Source: Bacteroidales bacterium (GTDB lineage Bacteria > Bacteroidota > Bacteroidia > Bacteroidales > UBA12077). Taken from it: a stretch of DNA of 44,465 nt. The stretch spans positions 1 to 44,465 of the forward strand of contig JANQHR010000055.1 of the NCBI GenBank assembly GCA_028282585.1. Direction: 5' to 3'. Shown here piece after piece: positions 28,479 through 38,456 of the stretch (position 1 is the stretch's first letter; each line of letters starts with the position of its first letter). The position numbers and the translations under genes were made by a program. The notes beneath the pieces are model-generated. The model saw only the letters and a list, made by a program, of their open reading frames with translations, did no database searches and was not told the DNA's origin.

Positions 28479-29699
28479 ATGTCGGATAAAAAGGAAAAGT
28501 CAGGGTACACATTTGGTAATGCGGGATTCTTACCACAGGAAGAAATGCTCGAAATCGGAAAGAAAAAGCAAAAACTTGTTATTGGAATTCCAAAAGAAAA
28601 TAGAAAATATGAAAGCCGTGTTGGTTTAACCCCTGAAGCTGTTGAAGTTCTTGTTAATAATGGTCACGAAATAATTCTTGAAAAAGGAGCTGGTGAAGCT
28701 GCAAATTATGTTGATACAAACTATAGCGAGAATGGGGCCCAAATAGTTGATAATAAGGAAGAAGTTTATCAATGTGATGTTGTTTTAAAAATTGCCCCAC
28801 CAACCATCGAGGAAATAGATTTATTCAAAAATAATCAGGTATTACTATCATCGCTTCATTTTCCTTCTCAAAATGAGGGTTACATACGGAAATTGATGCA
28901 AAAAAAAGTAACAGCAATTTCATTCGAAGGATTAAAAGACGCTGACAATTGTTATCCAATTGTTCGTTCAATGAGTGAAATAGCAGGTACTACATCAGTT
29001 TTAATAGCTTCCGAATATTTAAGTAATGTAAATGATGGAAAAGGTGTGTTGCTGGGCGGTGTTAGTGGAATAACTCCGACTGAAGTAATTATATTGGGAG
29101 CTGGAACTGCAGCAGAATATGCCGCCAGGGCAGCAATTGGATTAGGAGCATTTATAAAAGTATTTGACTTTTCTGTAACTAAGTTAAAGCGTTTACAAAC
29201 CAGTCTTTCAAGTAGATTATTTACCTCAGTATTTCATCCCCGGGTAATGAAAAAACATCTTAAATCGGCTGATGTGGTTATTGGAGCAATGAACCTAGGT
29301 AAAACAGGCCCGCAATTTTTAATTACAGAAGAAATGGTTAAGGAAATGAAAAAGGGTGCTGTAGTTATTGATTTGAGCATTGATCAGGGAGGATGTATTG
29401 AAACATCAGAATGTAGAAGTCATTCAAATCCGGTTTATACAAAGTTTGGTGTAATTCATTATTGTGTTCCAAATATTGCCTCGCGTGTTGCAAGAACTGC
29501 ATCCATTGCTTTAAGTAATATTTTCAATCCATTATTATTAAAAATTGCAGATGCCGGAGGTGTACAGAAACAACTTAAGGATGATATTGGTTTACGGCAT
29601 GGAGTGTATATCTATAATGGAATTTTAACAAATTCCAGAATAGGAAATTATTTTGGAATTCCAGCTAAAGATATTGATTTATTGATGGCTGCGTTCTAA
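28479..29699 (+). CDS. Alanine dehydrogenase/PNT-family protein (Bacteroidota variant)
   Basis: IGIPKE, ESRVGLTP, MSEIAG, GVLLGGVSG, IDQGGCIETS, HYCVPNI. The KVKEP motif appears as KIAPP. Confidence 0.85.
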   Translation: MSDKKEKSGYTFGNAGFLPQEEMLEIGKKKQKLVIGIPKENRKYESRVGLTPEAVEVLVNNGHEIILEKGAGEAANYVDTNYSENGAQIVDNKEEVYQCDVVLKIAPPTIEEIDLFKNNQVLLSSLHFPSQNEGYIRKLMQKKVTAISFEGLKDADNCYPIVRSMSEIAGTTSVLIASEYLSNVNDGKGVLLGGVSGITPTEVIILGAGTAAEYAARAAIGLGAFIKVFDFSVTKLKRLQTSLSSRLFTSVFHPRVMKKHLKSADVVIGAMNLGKTGPQFLITEEMVKEMKKGAVVIDLSIDQGGCIETSECRSHSNPVYTKFGVIHYCVPNIASRVARTASIALSNIFNPLLLKIADAGGVQKQLKDDIGLRHGVYIYNGILTNSRIGNYFGIPAKDIDLLMAAF

Positions 29700-29709
29700 A
29701 ATTATTCTT

Positions 29710-30420
29710 ATGTTTAGAACCATTTTATTCTTTATTTATTTTTGGCTCTTTTTGATTTTATCCCTTTTTATTTATGGATTTTATAAGTTATTAGGATTTA
29801 TTTTACCAAAGGCTAATAATAAGATTTTACTTGTTCTTGTTCAATGGTGGGCAAGAAACATATTAAGAATTGGTGGAATAAAGTTAAATTTGTCAGGATC
29901 AGAAAATATTCCAAAAAATAGCCGTGTTTGTTTTGTCAGTAACCATCAAAGCAATTATGATATTGGAATTTTAATATCAGCAATTCCTATGATTATAGGC
30001 TTTATTGCTAAAGTTGAGCTAAAGAAATATTTACCTTTGCGGGTTTGGATGGAGGAAATAAATTGCCTTTTCATTAATCGTAAAAAACCGAAACTATCCA
30101 TAAAGAATGTAGAAGAAAGAATACAAGCCATTAAAGAGGGGAAGACTCTTTTGATTTTTCCGGAAGGTACTAGAAGTAAAGGTTATAATATGCAGAGTTT
30201 TAAAACCGGAAGTTTAAGATTATTGGTTGAAAATAATATTGAAATAGTACCTATCACAATAAAAAATTCTTTTTTAAGATATGAGAAAGAAAAACGAATT
30301 AAACCAGGGAAAATTGATATAATAATACATCCATCAATAAATCCACTAGAATATGATAATAAGGATTTAGTGTTGTATAAAATCTGTGAAACTATTAAAA
30401 GCGGATTACCTGATTTTTAG
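29710..30420 (+). CDS. 1-acyl-sn-glycerol-3-phosphate (lysophospholipid) acyltransferase, PlsC family
   Basis: N-terminal TM segment, NHQSNYD (HX4D), FIAKVEL, FPEGTRS. Confidence 0.9.
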   Translation: MFRTILFFIYFWLFLILSLFIYGFYKLLGFILPKANNKILLVLVQWWARNILRIGGIKLNLSGSENIPKNSRVCFVSNHQSNYDIGILISAIPMIIGFIAKVELKKYLPLRVWMEEINCLFINRKKPKLSIKNVEERIQAIKEGKTLLIFPEGTRSKGYNMQSFKTGSLRLLVENNIEIVPITIKNSFLRYEKEKRIKPGKIDIIIHPSINPLEYDNKDLVLYKICETIKSGLPDF

Positions 30421-33400
30421 AAAAAAGCTCTTAGTTGAATACTTCCTGTGTGAACAGATTTTAAATTTTCGGATGCTCGTCCGTTATATAAAATATTCAT
30501 TTCTAAATATCCTGCAAGTTTTCTTTGAAACGCAATACTCCATGTTGCATTATTTCCTGGTTTTAATCCCTGCATCATTTCATATGCAATTGAAGTATTC
30601 GTATCCGAATTATAATAAATATTTAGATAATTCGCTTGAACTAATAAGTTCCCTTTTTTAGCTATGGAATGATTAATTTCTGTTCCTATATCATGCGTTA
30701 TATTTTTCTCAGATGCCAGTTTGTTGGCTTTATCCGAGTAAGTATAGTTTAGTTCTATCCTTGTTTTAAATCCAGGTTGGTATTGAACTTTAATTTCATT
30801 ACTAAAGTTGTTTATTTTATAATTTTTAGTACTAAAAAATTCAGATTCATAGAACTTATTACCCATCTCAGAATAATTTTGAAACATAAAATCAGAAATA
30901 AATTTCCATCTGATCTTGATTCCATGAATCATTTTATTTCTTTGATCAAATCCATTGGATAAAAGAATCTTGTTCTGATTTTTTTGATAAATATAATCTA
31001 CCCCTAATTTTGAATTGGTTCGATTAAATGAAAAGGTATTTCTAAAACTCTGATTATAATTTATTAAGGTACTATCAGAAGGCAAAGCATAAAATGGATT
31101 TAAGCTATGCTCTAAAACCTCATCAATAGACTTTTGATTTATTTGGTAAGCGAAGCTATTTGAAAATCGTGAAATAGTTTTTTTTATGCCATTTTTTGAC
31201 CTCCAAATAGCTTCTGGTCTTAAATTCAATATCTGGCTAAATTCGTTCTTGTAAGTTTTTATAAACTCATTTCCAGGTGTATAAATTCTGATATAGTTAG
31301 CTTGATCCTGAAATTGAGCAATCTCAAATTCATCCAGTTCTGCGACACCATTTTCATTATAATCTTCCCAATAGTAAACTCCTTGACCTGTTGAAACCTT
31401 TAGATATGAATATTCTCTTTTAGGCTCAAGCCCTGATCCGGCTTCATAAAAGGTAGAAGATGTAATTGCACCTTTAAATACTCTAAATGTATAATCTATT
31501 CTTCCTGTCAATGTATTTTCTTCTTGCTGCCGGATGATATTAGTATCTAAAACTTCTAGCCTGCGATAGTTTACAATAGTTCTTAATATACTATTTGGAT
31601 TCTTTAATAAACTAAATCCGGCTTGAAAGTCTTCGGCTTTTGTAGAATTTCTGAGTTTATTTTGGGAAGGAAGAAAATCATTGCGAAGTTTATAACTTAA
31701 AGAATATTTATTAACAGTCGAATCAGAATTTTCGATATAGAATCGATAGGATGAAAAATTAAAACTATTATTTAATAAGCTATCGGTTTGCGTGTTTTTC
31801 CATTCATTGCGCTCCATTTCATTTTCAATTCCAAATTTAATTATCGAAACCGTTTTTGATAAGTCAGCTAAATATCTTAAGAACTGAGTTTTACTTTCAT
31901 CTGAATCGGTATTTAATAAGCTGGAATTGAATTTAAAATTAAAACCGAATCTTCGGATTGATGTATTAAGTTGATGTCGGTATCCCAAATATTCAGATTT
32001 ACTAGTCAATAAACTAAAATTGTAATTGCTATATAAGAATGCCTTTCGGTTGTAGTTTAAAGCTATTGATGCAGAATTTTCGTCTCCAATTAATGGAATA
32101 TTCAGATTCCAATCTCTTTCAAACTCGACTGTTCTGAATCTTTCAATTTCTGTAAAGTGCTTATTGATAAACTGATATTGGGCGGATGCTTTTAATTGGT
32201 TAATTGCTGTATCTGCACTTAATAGACTTTTTTGAATTCTAAAATTAAGGGCATAACCGATATTGTCATTTGCATCTTTTGATGAAAAAGTATTAATATC
32301 GTAATTACTTAATGCTAGTTCAAAACTTGTTTTTGTGCTTTTATTAATTCTAATATTACCTCCAAAATTTACTAATTGTTGTTTTTTTGGAGCAATCAAT
32401 AAACGTACAGGTTCATAATCTCCTTGCGGAATTCCTGAAGCCGGAGCAATCCATTCAAAAACTTTACCATTGGCAGAATTCTGAATTTGAACATAATTAC
32501 CTTTATTGCTTCCAACATAACTAAATCCTACTTGATATACCGCTTTATCCGGATTAATTGAATATTGATAAATTTCAAAACTAGTACCATTATTAATAGT
32601 ATCAATTTTTGCATATAAAACGTAATCATTTCTAAATTCAACGCTATCCGCATTAGCAACAAACGCATTGTTTATACTATCGCCCGATTCAGAAAGCAAC
32701 TGTTTTTGTTCTTGGGTTAAATCCTGGTTAACGGGTTGATTTTTACTATCCTGTTCAGAATAAACATTTAACCAGAAATTACCACTTTTACTTTCAAATT
32801 CATTTGAAGTGTAAATAATAAAACGGGCATAACTTCTTTCCGAATATTCGAATTCAACAGATATACGTGAATCTTTCGTTATTGGTCTATTGGCTGTAAA
32901 AGTAATTTCTCCTGTGTTATAATCAATTACATAATCGTATTCTTTTCCTCTTTTTTGTAATTTTCCATTAATATAGATTTTCTCGGATCCTGCAAGTACG
33001 ATAATGAATTGTTCGTTTTCGCAACCTGTGAGTTTATATGGCCCCTGATTTCCTTCTTGTCCTTGAAACGTTTTTCGGCAATATTTACCTTTACTAACAG
33101 CTCCACCTATTGTTGTTTCAAACTGATTAAGCTCATTTTTTTTACTTTTAACTTTTGTATTTAGCAACCCGCCTTGTGCTTTTTTATTTATGTTCATGAA
33201 CAGACCCCTGGGTTTATATATTTCAAAGTCACCTGCAATAAGTTTGGTTTTATCATTATACAACTGTATAAACACTTTATCAAAGTCTTGAATTTGCTGC
33301 GAGTTTCCATCAGGTTGAATGGGGATATTTTCATCGGAAATGGCGGCCAAAAGATACATTTCATTGCTTATTTTACCAGATATTTGAAGGTTTAAATTGG

Positions 33401-33872
33401 AATTAATTACCGCATCCTGATTATTCCCAACTGTAATACCTCTTAAAATACTACCTTGTTTATCTAGCTGATTATCTGTAAAAAAAGTACTGCGAGAAAT
33501 TCCTTGAAAGTTATTAGCTTTAGTTATCATAGGACCTACTATAACTGTTTGTTCTTTTTTCCTATAGTAAAGCGGTTCTGAAAAGTTAATTGGGAACACC
33601 CGGTATTTAATTTGAACTTTAGAATATTTATCAATATAAGGTCCTGATGTTATTAAAATTGCATTCGGATAATCTATATAATAGGTAGAATCAGGGATAG
33701 CAGAATTTTTATCATCAAGTATTATTTCAGAATTAGGTACAATACTTAATGAATCAAGTTTAATAGTATCACTAATTATGAATAAGGTTTTTGTGCGAAA
33801 ATTGGACAATTCCTGAGAATTCGCAATAAAAAAGGTAAGAGTATATAATATTAAAAGAGTTATCTTCCGCAA
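30417..33872 (-). CDS. Uncharacterised large outer-membrane beta-barrel protein (1151 aa)
   Basis: Signal peptide, many alternating amphipathic beta-strands, C-terminal beta-signal GSIQLRAFF. TTG start. Confidence 0.75.
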   Translation of the reverse strand: MRKITLLILYTLTFFIANSQELSNFRTKTLFIISDTIKLDSLSIVPNSEIILDDKNSAIPDSTYYIDYPNAILITSGPYIDKYSKVQIKYRVFPINFSEPLYYRKKEQTVIVGPMITKANNFQGISRSTFFTDNQLDKQGSILRGITVGNNQDAVINSNLNLQISGKISNEMYLLAAISDENIPIQPDGNSQQIQDFDKVFIQLYNDKTKLIAGDFEIYKPRGLFMNINKKAQGGLLNTKVKSKKNELNQFETTIGGAVSKGKYCRKTFQGQEGNQGPYKLTGCENEQFIIVLAGSEKIYINGKLQKRGKEYDYVIDYNTGEITFTANRPITKDSRISVEFEYSERSYARFIIYTSNEFESKSGNFWLNVYSEQDSKNQPVNQDLTQEQKQLLSESGDSINNAFVANADSVEFRNDYVLYAKIDTINNGTSFEIYQYSINPDKAVYQVGFSYVGSNKGNYVQIQNSANGKVFEWIAPASGIPQGDYEPVRLLIAPKKQQLVNFGGNIRINKSTKTSFELALSNYDINTFSSKDANDNIGYALNFRIQKSLLSADTAINQLKASAQYQFINKHFTEIERFRTVEFERDWNLNIPLIGDENSASIALNYNRKAFLYSNYNFSLLTSKSEYLGYRHQLNTSIRRFGFNFKFNSSLLNTDSDESKTQFLRYLADLSKTVSIIKFGIENEMERNEWKNTQTDSLLNNSFNFSSYRFYIENSDSTVNKYSLSYKLRNDFLPSQNKLRNSTKAEDFQAGFSLLKNPNSILRTIVNYRRLEVLDTNIIRQQEENTLTGRIDYTFRVFKGAITSSTFYEAGSGLEPKREYSYLKVSTGQGVYYWEDYNENGVAELDEFEIAQFQDQANYIRIYTPGNEFIKTYKNEFSQILNLRPEAIWRSKNGIKKTISRFSNSFAYQINQKSIDEVLEHSLNPFYALPSDSTLINYNQSFRNTFSFNRTNSKLGVDYIYQKNQNKILLSNGFDQRNKMIHGIKIRWKFISDFMFQNYSEMGNKFYESEFFSTKNYKINNFSNEIKVQYQPGFKTRIELNYTYSDKANKLASEKNITHDIGTEINHSIAKKGNLLVQANYLNIYYNSDTNTSIAYEMMQGLKPGNNATWSIAFQRKLAGYLEMNILYNGRASENLKSVHTGSIQLRAFF

Positions 33873-33946
33873 AACAAGAATATTATACTTTAATTATAGG
33901 CAATTAAAGAACGGAAAATTTTTGGAAATGTTGAACTATCATCTAT

Positions 33947-33983
33947 AAAAAACAAGAAAGGCCTTCTTGGGATGAAGACCTTT
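33947..33983 (-). terminator. Intrinsic terminator with no CDS upstream on its strand
   Basis: Minus strand reads AAAGGUCUUC-AUCCCAA-GAAGGCCUUU-CUUGUUUUUU. The internal G-U pair forms only on the minus strand. Confidence 0.7.
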
Positions 33984-34025
33984 GGGTTTAAATTTTAGGG
34001 TTAGGGTATCAAGAAATCCATATCG
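33947..34025 (-). ncRNA. Candidate small RNA of about 80 nt with four CCC motifs
   Basis: -7-like box TATTTTTA (34038-34031), a C-rich body and an intrinsic terminator. No meaningful ORF. Confidence 0.4.
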
Positions 34026-34214
34026 ATGGCTAAAAATATAAAAAATCTTTAAAAAACAATAAAAATCATGACAATTATTAGCTTTTTGTTAAAAATATAT
34101 CAAAAAAAGATTATTTTGGTTTTTATCTTATTTGTTAAACTGTCATAAAATCAAGCAAATAGCATAAATCAAGAATTAATCTAAAAAAAACGTAAAAAAA
34201 CAATTAAAGACCAT

Positions 34215-34222
34215 TAAATTTG
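34215..34222 (+). promoter_or_regulatory. -7 box for waaA
   Basis: TAAATTTG overlaps the ORF-track TTG start, which favours the ATG at 34247. Confidence 0.6.
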
Positions 34223-34246
34223 TTGCGGCAATTCAAAAAGTATTTT

Positions 34247-35479
34247 ATGACCATTTTATATTTACTCGGCATTCGAATTTTTCATATATTGGTTATTATA
34301 ATATCACCATTTAATCAAAAGGCCAAGCTATGGTTAAATGGAAGAAAAAAAATATTTAGAAAATTAAATGATCAAATAAGTAAAAATGAGAAAGTCGTAT
34401 GGTTTCACTGTGCTTCATTAGGAGAATTTGAACAAGGAAGGCCTGTGATTGAAGCATTTAAAGAGAAATATTCAGACTATAAGATATTACTAACATTTTA
34501 TTCTCCATCCGGGTATGAAATCAGAAAAGATTATGAATTTGCTGATTATATCTGTTATTTACCAATTGATACACCTTCTAATGCTAAGAAGTTTGTAAAG
34601 ATTGTTAACCCTAAAATGGTATTTTTTATAAAATATGAGTTTTGGTATTTCTTTTTAAGAGAAATAAATAAAAAGAACATACCACTGTATTTAGTTTCTG
34701 GTATATTCCGGAAGAATCAGAGATTTTTTAAGAAAGGAGCAGTTAAATCAAGGAAAATGCTTACCTGGTTTACTCATTTTTTTGTTCAAAATGAGGAATC
34801 AAAAAGATTACTTCAATCAATAAGAATTGAACCTGTTACCATTACAGGAGATACAAGATTTGATCGCGTTTATACTATTACCCAAAAAGCAAAAGATTTG
34901 CCTTTGGTTGAGAAATTTTCGAGCAATAATAAAGTATTGGTAGCAGGAAGTACATGGAAACCAGATGAGGATCTATTGATTAGGTACTATAATGAAAATA
35001 GTAAAGATTTAAAGCTTGTTATAGCACCACACGAGATTCATAAAGAAAATATTGAAAGAATTATAAATTCAGTAAAGAATAAAAAAGTTGTTAAATATTC
35101 AGAAGCAACACTTGATAATATAAAAAATGCAAGCGTTTTAATTATTGATGGTATAGGGTTTCTTTCATCCGTATATCGTTATGGAACAATTGCTTATATT
35201 GGAGGAGGCTTTGGTAAAGGCATACATAATATATTGGAAGCTGCTACATTTGGTTTACCAATATTGTTTGGTCCAAATCATTTAAAATTTAAAGAAGCTC
35301 TAGAATTAAAAAAGCAAGAAGGAGCAATTTCAATTTCTAATTATTCCGAATTAGAAGCAAGTCTTAACAATTTCTTAATTAATGAGAAACAGGCTTTTAA
35401 ATCTGGCGGGATTTGTTCCAATTATGTTAAGGAAAATACAGGTGCTACCAAAAGAATTCTCAATTTAATTTACTTTTAA
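34247..35479 (+). CDS. waaA: 3-deoxy-D-manno-octulosonic acid (Kdo) transferase
   Basis: WFHCASLGEFEQG, LTFYSPSGY, YLPID, KYEFW, GDTRFD, AGSTW, HNILEAA. Confidence 0.95.
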   Translation: MTILYLLGIRIFHILVIIISPFNQKAKLWLNGRKKIFRKLNDQISKNEKVVWFHCASLGEFEQGRPVIEAFKEKYSDYKILLTFYSPSGYEIRKDYEFADYICYLPIDTPSNAKKFVKIVNPKMVFFIKYEFWYFFLREINKKNIPLYLVSGIFRKNQRFFKKGAVKSRKMLTWFTHFFVQNEESKRLLQSIRIEPVTITGDTRFDRVYTITQKAKDLPLVEKFSSNNKVLVAGSTWKPDEDLLIRYYNENSKDLKLVIAPHEIHKENIERIINSVKNKKVVKYSEATLDNIKNASVLIIDGIGFLSSVYRYGTIAYIGGGFGKGIHNILEAATFGLPILFGPNHLKFKEALELKKQEGAISISNYSELEASLNNFLINEKQAFKSGGICSNYVKENTGATKRILNLIYF

Positions 35480-35606
35480 TTGTTGGTGATTTATATCAAC
35501 TTTTTATTTTGGCGTTTTTTTAATTTTTAAATTGCCAGCCTAAACATTAATTAATTGAATTATAGCATAAGAAAATATGCTTTAATGATCACGTTATGTA
35601 GTAAAT

Positions 35607-37619
35607 ATGCATTTCTTAAAAAGAAGAAGTTTTAGAATATTATACATACTGTTATCTGTTTTAGTTTTCACAGGATTTACAGATAAAGACCTACCTTTAG
35701 AAAAGGAAGATAAGAAAAAATTAGAAAAAGCGCTTAAACTTAATCAAGAAGCGCAAGAGATTAATGATAAGGCAAATGCCGTATATTCTGAACTGGCCCA
35801 ATTCGACAAGTCTGATGAAAGTAATTTTAAGAAAATAGATAAGCTGGAAAAAGAAGCTATAGACCTTCAATTAAAAGCTTTGAATTTGCAGGGAGAAGCA
35901 AACTGGTTAGAAAGGAGTATTTATAAAAAAGTCATACCAATACTGAAATCAGAGTTTTCAAAAAATAATAGTGTTCCGATTGAATTTAAGTTACTTGAAG
36001 AAAGGATTGAAGAGCTGATCTTAAAAGCTGAAAACTTTAGAAATGAGGTGGAAAAGCTTGGGAAAGATGAATTGTATTCAAGATTTTCAAAATTATCAGA
36101 AGCACAAAAATTAGAGAAAGAAAGTATTGTAAATCAAAAAGAACTGATTAATTATTACTTGGGTAAAAAAACAATTGATTTAAAAAATCAAAATATTGGA
36201 AGTCAATACGAAAAAGAAGTTAGGATAAATGATGATCTTTTAAGGGCTTATTTGAATTATGTAAATTCACAAGATACTCTTGTAAGCGTTGATGTTTTTC
36301 GAAATGTAATGTATTCAGATCAGTTTTCAGTATCCAGTTTTCGTGATGCATGGTACGATTACTTATATACAGAAGTGGTTTATACCGATCGTTCAGATTC
36401 GTTAGAAATAAGTATAATTGCTGAAACTGATCCGGAAATTACAGAAAAAGAAACAGATCAACATGAAGAAACAGAAAAGGAAGATATATTAAGAGGAGCA
36501 ATATACAAAGTTCAAATTGCTGCTAATAGTAGCCCATTGTCGCAACACCATTTAAAGAAGGTATATGATGGTAATAAAAAAGTGCAAATGGTTAGTGAAG
36601 ATGGATGGTATAAATATTCTATAGGCGATTTTAATTCTTATGAAGAAGCTGAGGAATTTAAGCGATCGTTAAAGATTACCGATGCTTTTGTTGTTGCTTA
36701 TACGGATAATAAAAAGGTGGATATGTTGGTATCAAATAAGGATAGCCAGTCATCAAAAAAGCCAACCACAGATTCTGGCATTAAGGGATTAATATTTAAA
36801 GTTCAGATTGCGGCTAGTAAAAATAAATTATCAGATGCTTATTTAAAAGAGATTTATGAAGGAAACGAAACAATTGGTATGTTAACCGAAGATAATTGGT
36901 ATAAATATTCTCTGGGTAACTTTAATAAATATGATCAAGCATTAGACTTAAAAAATCAAATAAATATTCATGGTGCATTTATAGTAGCATATCAAAACGG
37001 AGTAAAGGTTCCACTGCATTTAGCTAAAAAAGGAGTGGTTTCAACAAAGACACCGGAACAGATTGTTTTCAAGGTACAAATTGCAGCAGATATAAAACCT
37101 TTAAGTTCTGAAAAACTTCATAATATTTATTCAGGTTACGAAAAAATTATAATGTTTAATGAAGATGGTTGGTTTAAGTATTCAATTGGAGAATTTAAAA
37201 CTTTTAATGAAGCAAATAATCTAAGAAAAGCTTGCAACGTTGATGGGGCATTTGTGATAGCCTTCAGAGGAAATGAAAAAATGAATGTATTAGAAGCAAA
37301 GAGAATGACAAGATGTAAAGATCCTATTTTTAATACAGATTGGTTAAGCGAAAATACAGAGCTTGTGTTCAAAGTGCAAATAGCAGCAAGCCTTAAAGTG
37401 TTAAATGAAGATCAAATAAAGAATATTTGTTGCATTGAAAAAGATGTTTATGTTACAAAAGAAGATGAATGGTATAGGTACTCAATTGGTAGTTTTGAAT
37501 TATACAACGATGCTGTTCGTTTAAAAGAAATATCAAATGTTAATGGAGCATTTATTGTAGCTTATCAAAATGGTGGAAAAATAAGATTAAAAGAAGCAAT
37601 TAATATATCAAATAAATAA
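35607..37619 (+). CDS. Exported protein with N-terminal helical/coiled-coil region and four C-terminal SPOR-like repeats
   Basis: Signal/TM segment and E/K-rich helical region. Four copies of (F/Y)KVQIAA...WY(K/R)YS(I/L)GxF...AF(I/V)VAY start near 36501, 36792, 37065 and 37365. Confidence 0.78.
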   Translation: MHFLKRRSFRILYILLSVLVFTGFTDKDLPLEKEDKKKLEKALKLNQEAQEINDKANAVYSELAQFDKSDESNFKKIDKLEKEAIDLQLKALNLQGEANWLERSIYKKVIPILKSEFSKNNSVPIEFKLLEERIEELILKAENFRNEVEKLGKDELYSRFSKLSEAQKLEKESIVNQKELINYYLGKKTIDLKNQNIGSQYEKEVRINDDLLRAYLNYVNSQDTLVSVDVFRNVMYSDQFSVSSFRDAWYDYLYTEVVYTDRSDSLEISIIAETDPEITEKETDQHEETEKEDILRGAIYKVQIAANSSPLSQHHLKKVYDGNKKVQMVSEDGWYKYSIGDFNSYEEAEEFKRSLKITDAFVVAYTDNKKVDMLVSNKDSQSSKKPTTDSGIKGLIFKVQIAASKNKLSDAYLKEIYEGNETIGMLTEDNWYKYSLGNFNKYDQALDLKNQINIHGAFIVAYQNGVKVPLHLAKKGVVSTKTPEQIVFKVQIAADIKPLSSEKLHNIYSGYEKIIMFNEDGWFKYSIGEFKTFNEANNLRKACNVDGAFVIAFRGNEKMNVLEAKRMTRCKDPIFNTDWLSENTELVFKVQIAASLKVLNEDQIKNICCIEKDVYVTKEDEWYRYSIGSFELYNDAVRLKEISNVNGAFIVAYQNGGKIRLKEAINISNK

Positions 37620-37640
37620 TAATGACAAAACGATATAATC

Positions 37641-38417
37641 ATGAAAACAAAAGCTTTTTATACCCTTAAGTTTATAGCAAAATTACTTGTGATAATTTCA
37701 CTTTTTTCTTCGTGCGTTTCACAAAAGAAAGTGCAGTTACTTCAAGAAAAATCTGTTGAGAATATTTCTTCAGGATTTATAAATAGTAGAAAAACAGCAT
37801 ATAATTTACAGCCTGGTGACCAACTTTATATTAAAGTTCATAGCGTTGATCAAAAAACAAGCAGGTTGTTTCAAACTGATTTCCCAAATCCTATGACTGC
37901 TACTTATCAAGAGTTGAACAGTTATAGAGTTGAGGAAGATGGATATATTAACTTTTCTTTTATTGATAAGGTATATGTGAAAGGTATGACAGTTAAAGAG
38001 GTAAATGACCTTTTGCAAAAAACTGTAAATGAATACTTTAAAGAAGCCACGGTTGTAGTGCAACTAATAAATTGGAGGGTGTCTGTATTAGGAGAAGTCC
38101 AAAATCCGGGAACCTTTATCATTAAAAACAAACAAATTAATGTTCTTCAAGCAATTGCTCAAGCAGGAGGAACTGAGAATTTTAGTAATTTAAAAAAGGT
38201 AAAATTGGTAAGACAGACTTTAGAAGGGTCAGAAATGCATTATCTTGATTTAACGGACAATGGAGTTTTACAATCAGATTATTTTTATTTAATGCCTAAT
38301 GATGTTATTTACGTAGAGCCCTTAAATAGTAAGTCTTTTGCATTTGATAATTTTCCATATAGTTTAATTTTATCAACAATATCTACAGCAGCAATTATTG
38401 TAGCATTATTTCAATAG
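37641..38417 (+). CDS. wza: Polysaccharide export lipoprotein (Wza/OPX family)
   Basis: Lipobox FSSC, YNLQPGDQL, PES motif, SLBB domain VSVLGEVQNPG...LQAIAQAGG, YLMPNDVIYVEP, C-terminal helix. Confidence 0.9.
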   Translation: MKTKAFYTLKFIAKLLVIISLFSSCVSQKKVQLLQEKSVENISSGFINSRKTAYNLQPGDQLYIKVHSVDQKTSRLFQTDFPNPMTATYQELNSYRVEEDGYINFSFIDKVYVKGMTVKEVNDLLQKTVNEYFKEATVVVQLINWRVSVLGEVQNPGTFIIKNKQINVLQAIAQAGGTENFSNLKKVKLVRQTLEGSEMHYLDLTDNGVLQSDYFYLMPNDVIYVEPLNSKSFAFDNFPYSLILSTISTAAIIVALFQ

Positions 38418-38456
38418 TAATTAATTTAACGGGGTATAAACTTTTATTTAAAAGAA

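Noticed and set aside
33995-34006. TTAGGGTTAGGG as telomeric or eukaryotic contamination
   Set aside because: There are only two units, embedded in bacterial intergenic DNA. It is treated under the sRNA candidate instead.
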